From Candidatus Oleincola secundus (lineage in GTDB: Bacteria; Atribacterota; Phoenicimicrobiia; Phoenicimicrobiales; Stramentimicrobiaceae): DNA of 21,267 nt. The translations under genes were made by a program, and so were the position numbers. Below the pieces are notes generated by a model. That model had not been told where the DNA came from. It saw nothing but the letters and a program-made list of their open reading frames with translations, and did not search any database. Below, piece after piece: positions 19,404-21,267 of this stretch. The DNA lies in NCBI GenBank assembly GCA_018400815.1, contig JAGYLS010000026.1:1-21267 (forward strand), given 5' to 3'. Position 1 is the first letter of the stretch, and each line of letters opens with the position of its first letter.

Positions 19404-19577
19404 AACGAATTCATAGGTAACGATATGCTTTCAATTATACTATGAGAGTTTCTTATGAATTGTTCCCGAATAAACGGTCGAGTGGCATCTGTCGGGAGAT
19501 TGCCATTCTTAAAATTTTATAGGTAACGATATTCCTGCATTTATTCCAGGAGAGTTTCGTATAAAATTTGTTAGAAT
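19404..19577. repeat. Tandem pair of structured imperfect palindromes, period 106 bp (attC-like or RNA-motif-like)
   Basis: 19411-19460 vs 19517-19566 match at 39/50 ungapped, with invariant ATAGGTAACGATAT and GAGAGTTTC; closing stems AATTCATA/TATGAATT and AAATTTTATA/TATAAAATTT. Confidence 0.75.
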
Positions 19578-19663
19578 CTCTAATATAAATACTACTAAAG
19601 TACATCTGCGGTATTCAAAATGATTGTTTTTCTTTTCTATACTAGCCGTAAAATTTGTTTACT

Positions 19664-20518
19664 TTAGAACCAATCCTTATAATTTATTAATTCTTTAAAA
19701 TCTTCTAATCCTAGGGGGACTTTGTCTCTTAAAATATAATTACCGGAAGGAATATAACCGTTTCTTTTCCAAATACCTTGGACTTCTATTATTGCTTGAA
19801 TATATTCACTTTTTTCCCTTACTTCGTTTAATTCTTTAAGAATTTCATTGCTGTCTAATATATCCTTAACAGCTAATTGTGCAAGACCATGTGTTGCAGC
19901 TATTATAAAGTGTTTCTGACCACTGAAAAAAGCTTTTTTTGTAAAAGTATTTGGCGAGATAATTAACATCAAGAAATCTCTTTTTAAAATACCATTTGTG
20001 TCAGTCTCTGGTATAAACCTGACTTTGCCTTTTCGATCGGCAATATACCAATTCCTTGTTGTTGTCCATTCTTCCCCTTTCCATTTTCTTACAACAGGAA
20101 GAGTGGTGTTTTCGGCCTCTCTTAATGGAAACATATAAGGCAATATTGGTTTCCACTCCTGTCCTTTCTTGTCATAACCCATAGCATATCTTGTAAGCAC
20201 ATGATCTACAGGGCCTCCGATTGAACAGATATGTTTGTCTATATTCATCTCAGGCATTTTTTCTTTATATTTTATTTCTCTATTTCCCTTAAAATATTTA
20301 TAAGTCCAGTCTTCGAACAGCTTTAAGGACTCTTCGTCATCAGGAGGAGTTTCTCCTGTAGAAAAATCAGCATCTTTCAAGAATCCAAATAAGTTAATAA
20401 CATTTGGTTTATTAGCTTTTGAACTTAAAACCGGTTGATTTGTTATTTGTTTAGACAAATATATTACTTCTCTAGATAAACTAATCGCAGTGGCAACTAA
20501 AGATAACGGATCTAGCAT
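19664..20518 (-). CDS. Hypothetical 284-aa protein
   Basis: Long open frame, strong RBS AGGAGG, upstream promoter-like sequence; no named family recognised with certainty. Confidence 0.85.
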   Translation of the reverse strand: MLDPLSLVATAISLSREVIYLSKQITNQPVLSSKANKPNVINLFGFLKDADFSTGETPPDDEESLKLFEDWTYKYFKGNREIKYKEKMPEMNIDKHICSIGGPVDHVLTRYAMGYDKKGQEWKPILPYMFPLREAENTTLPVVRKWKGEEWTTTRNWYIADRKGKVRFIPETDTNGILKRDFLMLIISPNTFTKKAFFSGQKHFIIAATHGLAQLAVKDILDSNEILKELNEVREKSEYIQAIIEVQGIWKRNGYIPSGNYILRDKVPLGLEDFKELINYKDWF

Positions 20519-20541
20519 TTTAAACCTCCTAAATATGATTT

Positions 20542-20579
20542 TATACTATATTATAGTATAGTAAATTATTTATAAACAA
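20542..20579 (-). promoter_or_regulatory. Sigma70-like promoter with overlapping palindromic operator
   Basis: Minus strand TTGTTT-N18-TATAAT; the perfect palindrome TATACTATA-T-TATAGTATA (20542-20560) covers the -10. Confidence 0.5.
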
Positions 20580-20640
20580 GGAAAATAATACATAAAAATT
20601 TTACGTAAAAATACCTTGTCAGTTATGTTATTATAAATGT

Positions 20641-20740
20641 AAGGACAGCTGGTCCTACAGAAAGTCCACTTTTATCTTTTTTTTCAGGCAAAAAAAGAGA
20701 GGGTAAAAAGGTTTTTCTTTCCGCTAACCGGCTGTCCTTT
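20641..20740. other. ~100-nt long imperfect hairpin
   Basis: AAGGACAGCTGGT (20641-20653) pairs with ACCGGCTGTCCTT (one G-T); inner T-rich and A/G-rich arms are also partly complementary. Confidence 0.65.
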
Positions 20741-20987
20741 TTTATTCATGATTGTGATAAAAAAAACAACTGCCTGAATTATAAAAAATCGGCTTAAATG
20801 CAAAAAAGGGTTACGGGGAAAGACAGTGCTCCAGCTAGAGCAAGATCAAGGCAAAAAAAGGGGGTAAATGCCAAAACAAAATACAAATACCTAACCTATA
20901 CAGTATAGTAGTCGCTTTTTTCCTTCGGAAACCGTTGAAAAATATAGATTTTGACTCTGTAAATTTACAGTGTTTTTCTGCATTCTG

Positions 20988-21266
20988 CTATTTAATAGGA
21001 AATCCTTTTTCTTTTAACTCCATTATGGCTTTTTTTACAACTCTCCAGTCCATGTGTGCTTCTTTTGCTATTTTGTAAACAGAAGGATCTTCCCCATCAA
21101 AGACAGTTCCCAACAGGCAGGCAACGCTCCGCTGGGTACTGTTTAATTCCGGCAATAATCTTAAACTTCTAACAAGAATATTTCTGCTTCCTAACTGTCC
21201 TCCCCTGAACCGGTAGGTGCAATTTTCACAGCGGACATAGGGGAGCTTTTCTCTTATGCCGCTGCA
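20988..21266 (-). CDS. 3' end of a Cys-cluster plus C-terminal HTH protein (possibly Rep/primase-like); partial, not in the ORF track
   Basis: Open frame from the window edge: CSGIREKLPYVRCENCTYRF...ELNSTQRSVACLLGTVFDGEDPSVYKIAKEAHMDWRVVKKAIMELKEKGFPIK*; HTH-like ending; visibly more GC-rich than the core operon. Confidence 0.7.
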   Translation of the reverse strand, partial: CSGIREKLPYVRCENCTYRFRGGQLGSRNILVRSLRLLPELNSTQRSVACLLGTVFDGEDPSVYKIAKEAHMDWRVVKKAIMELKEKGFPIK

Positions 21267-21267
21267 A

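Noticed and set aside
19347..19506. Two tiny minus-strand ORFs (MAISRQMPLDRLFGNNS and MNSFFGKLSWDSFDNYPPNGGT)
   Set aside because: No convincing RBS or motif; ORFs of this length are expected by chance.
19404..19577. CRISPR array interpretation of the tandem repeat
   Set aside because: Only two units, about 60 nt long and 78% identical, with no cas genes in the window.

Overview
AT-rich bacterial chromosome window. Positions 1-16866 hold the conserved S10-spc-alpha ribosomal superoperon (3' end of rplD through rplQ, with secY, adk, map, infA, rpmJ, rpsD and rpoA; rpmD/L30 is missing from its usual slot), followed by the ECF transporter module ecfA1-ecfA2-ecfT. The ecf module is bracketed by two decayed copies of a ~230-bp repeat that looks like a non-autonomous IS200 derivative. 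The accessory region from ~17100 contains: an intact tnpA-only IS200 with both terminal hairpins; a convergent, unannotated, decayed second IS200 tnpA; a secreted DxDGDG/Cys-rich protein behind a candidate ECF-sigma promoter; a small 2-TM protein; a broken metallo-beta-lactamase-fold gene; a tandem pair (plus a looser third) of attC-like or RNA-motif-like hairpins with one compensatory base change; an orphan 284-aa gene with a palindromic operator; a ~100-nt hairpin; and the 3' end of a Cys-cluster/HTH (Rep-like) gene running off the window, which suggests the edge of an integrated mobile element. All calls were made by eye from the sequence; no database searches were run.
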